Source: Sphaerochaetaceae bacterium
GTDB lineage: Bacteria; Spirochaetota; Spirochaetia; Sphaerochaetales; Sphaerochaetaceae
Assembly: GCA_045598675.1 (NCBI GenBank)
Contig: JAZLMO010000074.1
Coordinates: 1,819-65,818 of the forward strand
Direction: 5' to 3'
Length of the DNA stretch: 64,000 nucleotides
Shown here piece after piece: positions 18,106-26,973 of the stretch (positions within the stretch are counted from its first letter, which is position 1; each line of letters begins with the position of its first letter). The notes beneath the pieces are model-generated. The model was not told where the DNA came from. It did not search any database and saw nothing but the letters and a program-made list of their open reading frames with translations. The position numbers and the translations under genes are program-made.

Positions 18106-18220
18106 GACTTCTATCCTCAGACGGACTAGGAATCTTTGACATTTACCCACAAACAGACTTACTCTGTTTAAGACATCATTCCTGCAAACTCAAGGCATAT
18201 TGAGACGTGTGTTCTACTCG
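18106..18220 (-). repeat. Right array: 4 copies of the same 16-17 bp motif, inverted relative to the left array, phased 32-34 bp apart
   Basis: Minus-strand reads: GTCTGAGGATAGAAGTC (18122-18106), TTTGTGGGTAAATGTC (18153-18138), TTTGCAGGAATGATGTC (18188-18172), CGAGTAGAACACACGTC (18220-18204, degenerate). The 18153-18138 copy plus flank matches the 15144-15161 copy at 15 of 18 positions. Confidence 0.8.
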
Positions 18221-18271
18221 TTAGGGAGTCATATCGAGAGTATATAGAAAAAAACTGTTAATGAGGAAAAA

Positions 18272-18640
18272 ATGAAATATAAAGGCACACTTATAGTGGT
18301 GAAAAACTGTAAACAGTCCCTTGAGTTTTACGAAAAAGTTCTTGGACTTGAACTTGTTCATGATAATGACGGTAACATGGAATTGAGCGGAGGTGTGTTT
18401 CTGCAAGAAACTCAGTATTGGGAAAAGTTTATCGGAAAAGACATTATCGGGTATAGCAACAGTACAGAACTGTATTTTGAGGAACCTGATATTGAAGCGT
18501 TTATTGCAAAACTGGAAAAACTTTATCCGGATACGGAATATGTGAACAAACTTATGACTCATTCCTGGGGTCAGAAAGCAGTCAGGTTCTATGATCTGGA
18601 TGGAAATCTTATTGAAGTAGGTACGCCGGTTAGGGGTTGA
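18272..18640 (+). CDS. VOC (glyoxalase/bleomycin-resistance/dioxygenase) family protein
   Basis: 122 aa with two beta-alpha-beta-beta-beta-like halves and the typical ending VRFYDLDGNLIEVG. Confidence 0.7.
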   Translation: MKYKGTLIVVKNCKQSLEFYEKVLGLELVHDNDGNMELSGGVFLQETQYWEKFIGKDIIGYSNSTELYFEEPDIEAFIAKLEKLYPDTEYVNKLMTHSWGQKAVRFYDLDGNLIEVGTPVRG

Positions 18641-19000
18641 ATTTGATAATCAACAACCGGAATATCTTATTGATACTTGTCTTATAACTCAGGACAGGTT
18701 CAAGGAATATATGAATTGTTTTGGACTTCCGATGAGACTGTAGTTCTTTTACTCTGTCGACAACATATTAAGCAAGATTTAAGCAAGAAATCTATATTTA
18801 ACTATGCTGATAACAACTGAAAAAAATGTGTGGTCGAAACAAGTTATTTTCTTAATGAGTGTTTGGGCAAAAACAATGTTAATCAGTAAAGAAAAAAAGT
18901 GTATTAAAGAGTTGTCATCCTGTGTGTGATGCCAATGGTGTAATTGTTGTGATTCATACTATGTGTTAACATGGTTTTGAAAATAGTTGAGGATTTGATA

Positions 19001-20272
19001 ATGAAAAGGAATAAAAAAATACTGGTATTTTTGACAGTTTTACTACTTATGCTGCCTGCATTTGCAAGAGATTTGTCTTTGGATGAAGCAGTATCATGTG
19101 CATTGGAAAACAATCTTCAGCTTCAGAATTCTGAAATTGATCTGAGAATGGCTGAAATTGCATATAAGTACAGTTACAACACTCTGATGCCAACTGCAAA
19201 TGCAACAGCAACATTCAGAAGAACAAATGAAAATTATTCAATGAAACCGGGTCCTGTATCTTTTTTCTATGGAATATCAGGTTCCTGGACTTTTAATCCT
19301 GCAATGATTACTTCAATCAGACTTGCATATGAAAATTACAACAACGGGCAGATAAGTTATGAACAGGCTGCAAATCAGATGAAGCAGAATGTCCGTAAAC
19401 TTTATTTCTCTGTAGTTCTTCAGCAGGAAGCTCTGGCAATTCAGTCAGCTATTCTGAAAGCCCAACAAGACAGATATCTTCAGGCTCAGAAATATTATGA
19501 AAACGGAATGATTCCGGAAATATCTCTTCTTCAGAGCCAGGTTGCCTATGAAAATGCAAAACCTTCATATGAAGAGGCCCGAATCGGTCTTGAATCTGCC
19601 AAGCGCCAGCTTGCATTTGTTCTTGGATTGGATATCAATGAGGATTTGAATCTTACTACATCGATTGAGCATGAATTCATTAAAATAGATTTGGATGATG
19701 CTTTGACACAGATTCCGAACAGATATGATATTCAAGCTTTGGAAGTAGACGAAAAGCTGTTGAAGCTGCAGAAAGAAGCTTTGATAGAGAAAACATTACT
19801 TCCAAGCATTTCACTTTCCGCTTCCTGGCAACCTACGCTTTTGGACATGAAAGAAAAAGATTCATGGATGGATAACGGTTCTATCTCAGGAACCGTTGCA
19901 TGGAATCTTACAGATCTTCTTCCTTCATCAAATCAGTATAAAAACTATTCGGATTTGAAAAACAGTCTGAAAAAGTATGAGAACGGAAAACAGATGGCTT
20001 ATGACAATGCAAGGATGGAGATAAACAATCTTGTTGGAAAACTCAGACAGGCAGAGGAAATACTTATTGCTACTGAAGGTACTGTAAATGTTGCACAGAA
20101 AAACTATGATGCAAGGCTTGTTTCTTTTTACAAAGGAACATCTGATTATTTGGATTTACAGGATGCAGAGAATCAGCTTTCTCAGGCTGAACTCGGGAGA
20201 CTTTCAAACCGCTTTAATTACATATCGGCTTTGATTGATCTTGAGACTGCAACCGGAAAGGAACTGTTTTAA
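19001..20272 (+). CDS. TolC-family outer membrane efflux protein (OMF), copy 1
   Basis: Signal peptide MKRNKKILVFLTVLLLMLPAFA, then LSLDEAVSCALENNLQLQ and a duplicated OEP-type repeat structure. ATG at 19001 follows GAGGA. Confidence 0.85.
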   Translation: MKRNKKILVFLTVLLLMLPAFARDLSLDEAVSCALENNLQLQNSEIDLRMAEIAYKYSYNTLMPTANATATFRRTNENYSMKPGPVSFFYGISGSWTFNPAMITSIRLAYENYNNGQISYEQAANQMKQNVRKLYFSVVLQQEALAIQSAILKAQQDRYLQAQKYYENGMIPEISLLQSQVAYENAKPSYEEARIGLESAKRQLAFVLGLDINEDLNLTTSIEHEFIKIDLDDALTQIPNRYDIQALEVDEKLLKLQKEALIEKTLLPSISLSASWQPTLLDMKEKDSWMDNGSISGTVAWNLTDLLPSSNQYKNYSDLKNSLKKYENGKQMAYDNARMEINNLVGKLRQAEEILIATEGTVNVAQKNYDARLVSFYKGTSDYLDLQDAENQLSQAELGRLSNRFNYISALIDLETATGKELF

Positions 20273-20333
20273 TGACAAGTTCATACTATTTGGATAAAAT
20301 AAATTCCATGCTGACAAGAAGGAGAAAACACAT

Positions 20334-21383
20334 ATGATGTCCGATATAATTACTAAAGTAAAGTCATCAAAGAAAGTATGCTTTATTGCAGGCATAACGG
20401 TACTGGGTGTGCTGTTTTTTTTCCTGTTAAGCAGAAATGTGTTTCATAAAAATAATGTCGTCAGAACAGCTCCTGCTGAAATGATAGAGATTGTGAACAC
20501 TGTCACGGTAAATGGCATTGTTGAAGGAGTGCAACTGTACGATGTATGTGCTGAATCAGTCAACAAAGTCAGTAGTGTTTTGGTTTCTGAAGGTGATGAG
20601 GTTTATGAAGGTCAAAAACTTGCTTTATTTGATGTTGAATCTCTAAAGAAACAGTATGCCAGCAGCCTTGTTGATTATGAGATTGCCGCGGAAAATGCTG
20701 AAAGAATCCGTGCACTGTCTACGGTAGGAGCAGTATCTGAAAAAGAACTGAAGGATGCAGAATACGCACTAAAGAAAGCTTCTTTAGCCTGTGAGTCATT
20801 TGATATGGATAATATTGAAGCAGTCACAAGTCCTATTAGTGGAACTGTTGTTGAGGTAAACTGTAATAAAGGCGGGTATATCATGTATTCAAAGACCGGT
20901 ATGCCGGCTTTTGTAATAGAAGACAGATCCGGGTATGTTCTGAAAGCCTATGTAAAAGAGAAAGATATTTCTTGCGTCTATGTCGGTCAGAAGGCTGATA
21001 TCACAGCGGATGCAATTGGAGACCGGAAGATAGAAGGAATCGTTGAAAGTATTGCACTGTCTGCTCAGATGAACAAACTGACAGGAATAAGAGAGATCCC
21101 GGTAACAATCCGGTTTGATTATGAGGCAGAAAATCCAATCACTGGAATTACCGGTCAGGCAAAATTGAAGCTGAATCATGGCAAGGTACTTGCAATACCA
21201 CGTGAAGCGGTATTTAAGGATGATGAAGGGGAATATGTATATGTCCTCAGATCAGATTCATTTGAAAAAGAATACATAACAACCGGTGTAAAAAAAGACG
21301 GCTATGTACAGGTTCTAAATGGAAGTGTTCAGAAAAACGATCAGGTTCTGACAGAAACGGAAAACGCTGTATTAGGAAAATAA
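20334..21383 (+). CDS. Periplasmic adaptor (HlyD/MacA-type membrane fusion protein)
   Basis: N-terminal membrane anchor, lipoyl-like hairpin (VSEGDEVYEGQKLALFD ... SPISGTVVEVN), a coiled-coil segment and a beta-barrel C-terminal domain. Confidence 0.8.
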   Translation: MMSDIITKVKSSKKVCFIAGITVLGVLFFFLLSRNVFHKNNVVRTAPAEMIEIVNTVTVNGIVEGVQLYDVCAESVNKVSSVLVSEGDEVYEGQKLALFDVESLKKQYASSLVDYEIAAENAERIRALSTVGAVSEKELKDAEYALKKASLACESFDMDNIEAVTSPISGTVVEVNCNKGGYIMYSKTGMPAFVIEDRSGYVLKAYVKEKDISCVYVGQKADITADAIGDRKIEGIVESIALSAQMNKLTGIREIPVTIRFDYEAENPITGITGQAKLKLNHGKVLAIPREAVFKDDEGEYVYVLRSDSFEKEYITTGVKKDGYVQVLNGSVQKNDQVLTETENAVLGK

Positions 21384-21479
21384 AACGATAGAAGGAAGCA
21401 AAATGTATATTACGCCAAATAGTCCGAGTTTCTTTCTTTACGCATTTCTGTGGTTGCATAAAAAGGTTCGTTCACTGAT

Positions 21480-23807
21480 ATGAAGTCTCAAAAAAGTACT
21501 GTAAAAAGCATCTTGTCCTTAGGTGTCGGTATACTTCGCAAGAATAAAACCCTGACGGCAGGGTTGTTTGTCCTTTATGCGGTACTGACAACATTAAGTG
21601 TTTCTGCCAATTTCAACTTTACAACTGTTTCCGGCTCAATAGACAGATTCATGGAAGATTATCATTTACCCGATGCGCTGTATTATACAGACGCAGTGCC
21701 GTCATCTTTTCAGGGAAGGGATTATCCTGAAGGAGTACAAGGTATTGAGCCGGGTATTGTGATGGATGTACATGTGAAAACCAGCCTGGGAAATACCTTT
21801 TACATTACCATGTTCAGCATAGAAGATGATGGTTTTAAAAAGTATTATAAACTTGAAACAGACAAAGCGCCTGAAGGAGTTATTCCTGTATGGATTACAA
21901 AGCGTTTTGCGGACAGTAATCATATTAAGGCGGGAGATAAGGTAACTGTAAGATGCCCCCAAGGGGAAAGGGAGTGCTTTGTTGAAACCATAGTATCCCG
22001 TCCTGAAGGAATGTTCTGTACCAGAAATGAGTTTTCCTGGATGGATGCCTCTGAATACGGATATATGTATATGAGAAGAAGTGATATAGAGTCCGCATTC
22101 GATCTTTCAGATGCTGCCAACGTTTGGGCATATCTTTTTGAGGATTCTCTAAACGAGAAGGAAGAGAATGCACTTTTTGAGGACATTGAGGAATCCTTTG
22201 ACGGAGTATTGAAGAACAGTATTCATTTCCGTGAGTATCTGAAGGAAATGAAAATAACGGATGATATTAAAAAGATGGAAGGAATCAGTGTCTATGTTCC
22301 GTTGTTTTCTTATTTTATCGGTCTGGGGTTTTCCTGTCTTTTTATCTACCTTATTATCCGGAAACAGAGAAGGGATATCAGCTTTTTGATGGCGCTCGGA
22401 TATACCGGACGCGAAATCTTCTTAATTTTTCTGCTATACTGCATAGTCATTGGAATCAGCGGAATCATAACAGGTTGCGGTCTGGGAGTTTTTATAGTCA
22501 GATACGGTGCTTCTGTTGCACAAAACAGTTATTCGCTTCCTGAGGTATACTATTTTACTACTTTGACGCGTTTTGTTATTACAATTGTTTTACTGTTGCT
22601 GGTAGAATTTTTTTCATGTCTGTTTTGTATAAAGAGCATAATAAAAGTGAATCCTGCGGAAGTTTTCTCAAATCAGATGACGGAAAAAGCAGATATCATA
22701 CCCGGATGGATGAATCGTATGAAAATGAGTCCGTTTTTCAGGTTTTCCGTAGCGCTGTTATGTAAGAACAGAAAAAGATTGATTATTTCATCTCTCAGTA
22801 TATCCTGTTGTATCATGTTGATGCTTTTCGGACTTGAATATGCAGCAGCCAATGCGGCCGTTAGACCTGCGGTCTTTGAACAGAGATTTTGCTATGACTA
22901 TCTGATTCAATACCAAGGCGGGATGGCATATTTTAATGAGGCAGCAATAGTTGATGGTGTTGCTGTTGCGGAACCTGTAATTGCCTTTAATGCAGATATT
23001 TCCACATCGGAAATGCAAGAAGATAATATTCAGATTAATGCATTGATTGAGAACAGTACGCTGATTGTCCCTCAAGATATAGACGGAAATAAGCTGGATC
23101 CGGGGAACGGAATCATCATGGATGAAAAGCTTGCGGAAATGCTTTCTGTTTCAATTGGAGATATTGTATTTGTTGATGATATTGGACTTAGGATTACTTC
23201 AATTGCCGGTGAACGTGCCAACAGTATTCTATATGTTTCAATGGACACTGCCCGTGAATTGGGATACGACAGCCCGAATCAGATGGTTGTGAAATGTAAA
23301 AAAGGTGCAGATCTTCATAACATCAGAAATGATTTTGATTCCATCAACGGATTTTGCGGTATTACTGACTTGGAAAAACAGAAAGTGGATATGAAAAACA
23401 CCGATAAATTGATTAATGTGATGTCCTGGGTTGAAATTATCCTTATCTTCCTGCTTGGAACAATTTTGATTTATATCATGGTAGTGCTCAGCATTGAGGA
23501 TAACAGGCGGGATTATGCTCTTTTAAATGCTCTTGGAGTAGGTGCATCTTCCATCGTCAAAATTTCATTTCTGGAGAACTTTATGATGTATATTATTGCT
23601 GTTCTGATTGGAGTGCCGTCCGGAATAATGTCATGCAAATTGGCTTTTCCGTATATGGGATCTACGACCAAATATTACCTGTTGACGCAGATTGGTCGGG
23701 TAAGTGTTCATGCTTGCTTGATTTCTCTGATTTACATTGTTCTGGGGATAGTTTTCACAATTTACCAGGCTATTAATGTTGATCCTGCAAATGCATTACA
23801 AAACTGA
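21480..23807 (+). CDS. ABC transporter permease with two FtsX-type domains (MacB/YbbP-like)
   Basis: 775 aa. It has two large extracytoplasmic segments, each followed by an FtsX-like 3-TM bundle (...FLMALGYTGREIF... and ...YALLNALGVGASSIV...). Confidence 0.8.
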   Translation: MKSQKSTVKSILSLGVGILRKNKTLTAGLFVLYAVLTTLSVSANFNFTTVSGSIDRFMEDYHLPDALYYTDAVPSSFQGRDYPEGVQGIEPGIVMDVHVKTSLGNTFYITMFSIEDDGFKKYYKLETDKAPEGVIPVWITKRFADSNHIKAGDKVTVRCPQGERECFVETIVSRPEGMFCTRNEFSWMDASEYGYMYMRRSDIESAFDLSDAANVWAYLFEDSLNEKEENALFEDIEESFDGVLKNSIHFREYLKEMKITDDIKKMEGISVYVPLFSYFIGLGFSCLFIYLIIRKQRRDISFLMALGYTGREIFLIFLLYCIVIGISGIITGCGLGVFIVRYGASVAQNSYSLPEVYYFTTLTRFVITIVLLLLVEFFSCLFCIKSIIKVNPAEVFSNQMTEKADIIPGWMNRMKMSPFFRFSVALLCKNRKRLIISSLSISCCIMLMLFGLEYAAANAAVRPAVFEQRFCYDYLIQYQGGMAYFNEAAIVDGVAVAEPVIAFNADISTSEMQEDNIQINALIENSTLIVPQDIDGNKLDPGNGIIMDEKLAEMLSVSIGDIVFVDDIGLRITSIAGERANSILYVSMDTARELGYDSPNQMVVKCKKGADLHNIRNDFDSINGFCGITDLEKQKVDMKNTDKLINVMSWVEIILIFLLGTILIYIMVVLSIEDNRRDYALLNALGVGASSIVKISFLENFMMYIIAVLIGVPSGIMSCKLAFPYMGSTTKYYLLTQIGRVSVHACLISLIYIVLGIVFTIYQAINVDPANALQN

Positions 23808-23840
23808 TGGAACAGTATCGGAAGAAATGGAGATTGTGTT

Positions 23841-24965
23841 ATGAAATCCGTATGGCTGAAAAAGTATTTGATTGAGTCTTTGGCACGAAGAGACAATATT
23901 ATTTCTAGTGAACACGATTGCTTGTTATCTTTGTTGTCTGTAAAAGAGGATATAATTGTATTTCTTGAACCGGATAGAAGTATCGCTTTTGGAATAAAAT
24001 GTTGCGGAAATGATGTTGTTGAGCTGCCTTCAGATCATGTTCGCATCCCGCAGGAGATAAGGAACATGTCTTCGTATGAGGAAAAATGGAAAGATACCGG
24101 GAAGGAAATTATTATTCCTTTGAGGACGGAAAATACTTCTGTGTTCGGATACATGGTCTGTTCAAATCTGATGAGCACAAAAATAACGGATCGTGAGAGA
24201 AATTCACTGCTGTCATTCAGTGTGCTTCTTTATAATGAGGGGATGGGCTCTATTGTCCAGTCTTATAATCCTCCTCTTTTCAGAATACATAATTTAGTAG
24301 TGTCCTATGACGGAAATGTTAGAGCTGTGGATAATGTGAGCTTTGACATCTGCGAAAAAGAATTTACTGTAATTTTAGGAACAAGCGGATGCGGAAAGAC
24401 AACTTTAGTAAATGTTCTTGGCGGTATGCTGCAGCCAACTGAAGGACAGGTATTCTGGAAGGATAGGAACATTTCCCGGATGAATCAGTCAGAGCGCAGT
24501 TTATATCGCCGCAAGACAGTAGGATTTGTGTTTCAGCAATACAATCTTATTTCAGCGCTGACAGGAAGAGCTAATATTGAAATTGCGGCTTCTTTGGTTC
24601 AGAATCCTGTTCCTGTGGAGGAGGTTCTGCAAATGGTGGGAATGGAGAAGATGGCTGATAGATATCCATCTCAGATGAGCGGAGGAGAACAGCAACGTAT
24701 AAGTATTGCGCGTGCGCTTGCAAAACGTTCTGAAGTTCTGATTTGCGATGAACCTACCGGAGCGCTTGATCCAGGAAATTCAAAAAAGGTTGTCACTCTG
24801 CTTACAAAACTTGTCAGAGAACAGGGAGCTTCAGTAATAATGATTACTCATAACCCGGCTTTTTCCGTGCTTGCAGATCGTTTGATTCTGATGAGCGGAG
24901 GTGCCATTGTCGATGATATCCGACAACCGTTTCCGCTTTCAGCAGATGTTCTTAATCTGCGGTAA
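23841..24965 (+). CDS. ABC transporter ATP-binding protein (MacB/LolD-type) with ~150-aa GAF-like N-terminal extension
   Basis: Walker A GTSGCGKTT, Q-loop FVFQQYNL, signature MSGGEQQRISIARAL, Walker B LICDEPTGALD. The N-terminal 150 aa end in a GAF-like pattern (EIIIPLRTENTSVFGYMVC...ERNSLLSFSVLL). Confidence 0.8.
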   Translation: MKSVWLKKYLIESLARRDNIISSEHDCLLSLLSVKEDIIVFLEPDRSIAFGIKCCGNDVVELPSDHVRIPQEIRNMSSYEEKWKDTGKEIIIPLRTENTSVFGYMVCSNLMSTKITDRERNSLLSFSVLLYNEGMGSIVQSYNPPLFRIHNLVVSYDGNVRAVDNVSFDICEKEFTVILGTSGCGKTTLVNVLGGMLQPTEGQVFWKDRNISRMNQSERSLYRRKTVGFVFQQYNLISALTGRANIEIAASLVQNPVPVEEVLQMVGMEKMADRYPSQMSGGEQQRISIARALAKRSEVLICDEPTGALDPGNSKKVVTLLTKLVREQGASVIMITHNPAFSVLADRLILMSGGAIVDDIRQPFPLSADVLNLR

Positions 24966-25022
24966 AATCATAGTTATGAAAATTGAACTTATCATAAAAC
25001 AAACAAAAACAGGACGGAACAG

Positions 25023-26582
25023 ATGAAGAAAAATGTTTTGATAATAGGAGCCGGGCCTGCAGGTCTTACTGCAGCGTATGAACTTCTTTCTAGAACTGAC
25101 AAATATGAAGTATTGATATGTGAGGAAACAAAAGATATCGGAGGTATTTCCAAAACTGTTAACTACAAAGGAAACAGAATGGATATGGGAGGACATAGGT
25201 TCTTCTCAAAAGTTGATGAAGTAAACAATTGGTGGTCTTCCATGCTTCCTACACAGGGATCTCCTTCAAAAGACGATATTATGCTCAACCGAACAGTCAA
25301 TATCGAAGCCGGAGGTCCGGATCCTGAGAAAACAGATATAGCAATGCTTAAGAGAACACGGGTATCAAGAATTCTTTTTGATTCAAAATTCTATGATTAT
25401 CCCATTTCCCTGAAATTTGAAACATTCAAGAATATGGGGCTTTGGAATACAATATTATGCGGTTTCAGCTATTTGTTTTCTGCAATACATAAAAGACCAG
25501 AAACAAATCTTGAAAACTTCTACATAAACCGCTTCGGGAAAAAGCTCTATTCAATGTTTTTTGAGTATTACACAGAAAATCTTTGGGGAAGACATCCCAG
25601 AGAAATAGATGCATCATGGGGCGCTCAGAGAGTAAAAGGACTCTCAATAACAGCCGTAATAAAAGATGTATTCGGAAAAATCTTCAACAAGAAAAACAGA
25701 AAAGTGGAAACTTCTTTAATTGAAGAGTTTAAATACCCAAAACTCGGTCCGGGACAACTTTGGGAAGTTGTAGCTGAAAAAGTATGCAATCTTGGAGGAA
25801 TGTTAAATCTTAATTCCAGAGTTGTATCTTTGAAAAAATCCGGAAATAAGATTGTATCGGCCTCTTATGAAAAAGACGGAACAATTGAAACAGTTGAATG
25901 TGATTATGTTATTTCTTCTATGCCTATCAAAGATTTGATTTCAGGAATAAATGATGTACCGGATGAAATAAACAGGATTGCCAAAGGACTTCCGTACAGG
26001 GATTATATGACCTTGGGAGTTCTTGTCTCCAAACTGAATCTGAAAAACAAGACCAAAATGAAAACAGTTGGAAACATTGTTCCTGATTGTTGGGTTTATG
26101 TTCAGGACAGAAATGTAAAAATGGGAAGATTTCAGATATATAACAACTGGTCCCCTTACATGGTAAAAGACCTTGAAAACAGTGTTTGGATAGGCCTTGA
26201 GTATTTTGTAAATGAAGGAGATTCAACTTGGAATATGACAGAAAAGGAATTCTCTGAACTTGGGATTTCAGAAATGCTTAAACTGGGTCTTATTGATTCC
26301 GAAGATGCTGTCATGGACACTCACCTCGAAAGAGTTAAAAAAGCATATCCTGCATATTTTGATACTTACGACCAGATAGGAAAGGTTGTTGATTATCTTA
26401 ACGGTATGGAGAACCTGTTCTGTGTAGGCAGAAACGGTCAACACAGATACAATAATATAGACCATTCGATGGTAACATCATTCAAGGCGGCAGAATGTAT
26501 TATGTCAGGCAAAACAGACAAATCTGAAATATGGAATGTAAATACCGAATCGGAATATCATGAGAAAAAAACAGATGAGTAG
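25023..26582 (+). CDS. NAD(P)/FAD-dependent oxidoreductase (amine oxidase/UDP-galactopyranose-mutase-like fold)
   Basis: Rossmann dinucleotide motif [17 protein letters not shown]...EETKDIGG and C-terminal FAD motif [18 protein letters not shown]. Confidence 0.75.
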   Translation: MKKNVLIIGAGPAGLTAAYELLSRTDKYEVLICEETKDIGGISKTVNYKGNRMDMGGHRFFSKVDEVNNWWSSMLPTQGSPSKDDIMLNRTVNIEAGGPDPEKTDIAMLKRTRVSRILFDSKFYDYPISLKFETFKNMGLWNTILCGFSYLFSAIHKRPETNLENFYINRFGKKLYSMFFEYYTENLWGRHPREIDASWGAQRVKGLSITAVIKDVFGKIFNKKNRKVETSLIEEFKYPKLGPGQLWEVVAEKVCNLGGMLNLNSRVVSLKKSGNKIVSASYEKDGTIETVECDYVISSMPIKDLISGINDVPDEINRIAKGLPYRDYMTLGVLVSKLNLKNKTKMKTVGNIVPDCWVYVQDRNVKMGRFQIYNNWSPYMVKDLENSVWIGLEYFVNEGDSTWNMTEKEFSELGISEMLKLGLIDSEDAVMDTHLERVKKAYPAYFDTYDQIGKVVDYLNGMENLFCVGRNGQHRYNNIDHSMVTSFKAAECIMSGKTDKSEIWNVNTESEYHEKKTDE

Positions 26583-26973
26583 TACACTGAAAAAAAATAT
26601 AAAAGATATATTTCTTTACCTTATAGTCGGCGGCATAGCTACGCTTGTGGAATGGGTGCTTTTCTATTGTTTTACAAAAAATGACAACATGAATTATATG
26701 TTGGCAACTTCAGTGGCAATGCTCATTTCAACCTTTGCAAATTGGGTTGCCGGAAGGTTGTTAATGTTCAAGAATGTTAAAATGTCCGTATTTAAGGAAC
26801 TGCTGAAAATATATATGACAAGTATTTCCGGTATTATTTTCAATATGGCTATCATGTATGTTGCAGTAGATTTATTGGATATAAACAAGATGATTTCCAA
26901 AATCAGTGCAACAGGAATTGTTTTCTTTTGGAATTATTTGGTAAGAAAATATCTTATTTACAGGAATAAATAA
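26575..26973 (+). CDS. GtrA family membrane protein (polyprenyl-phosphate-sugar handling)
   Basis: Four-TM small protein with the GtrA signature ([17 protein letters not shown]...[13 protein letters not shown]). The start choice between 26560 and 26575 is uncertain. Confidence 0.8.
   Translation: MSSTLKKNIKDIFLYLIVGGIATLVEWVLFYCFTKNDNMNYMLATSVAMLISTFANWVAGRLLMFKNVKMSVFKELLKIYMTSISGIIFNMAIMYVAVDLLDINKMISKISATGIVFFWNYLVRKYLIYRNK

Noticed and set aside
15142-18220. DnaA-box clusters / replication origin (TGTGGGTAA resembles the DnaA box complement TGTGGATAA, and mnmE-mnmG-rsmG elsewhere in the window hints at origin proximity)
   Set aside because: Only the TGTGGG-type copies resemble a DnaA box, and the majority type (TTGTAGAAATGATGTC) does not. 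No dnaA/dnaN or AT-rich unwinding element with DnaA-trios was recognised. The arrays flank an AT-rich accessory cassette with strict ~3-helical-turn phasing. It is kept only as an alternative to test with a GC-skew plot.
18641-19000. 360-bp AT-rich intergenic region checked for a small RNA, tRNA or hidden gene (contains the short direct repeat TTAAGCAAGA x2 near 18769-18790)
   Set aside because: No cloverleaf, no stable extended structure and no ORF longer than ~10 codons with an RBS was found. It is most simply the promoter region of the TolC/MFP/FtsX/ABC operon.
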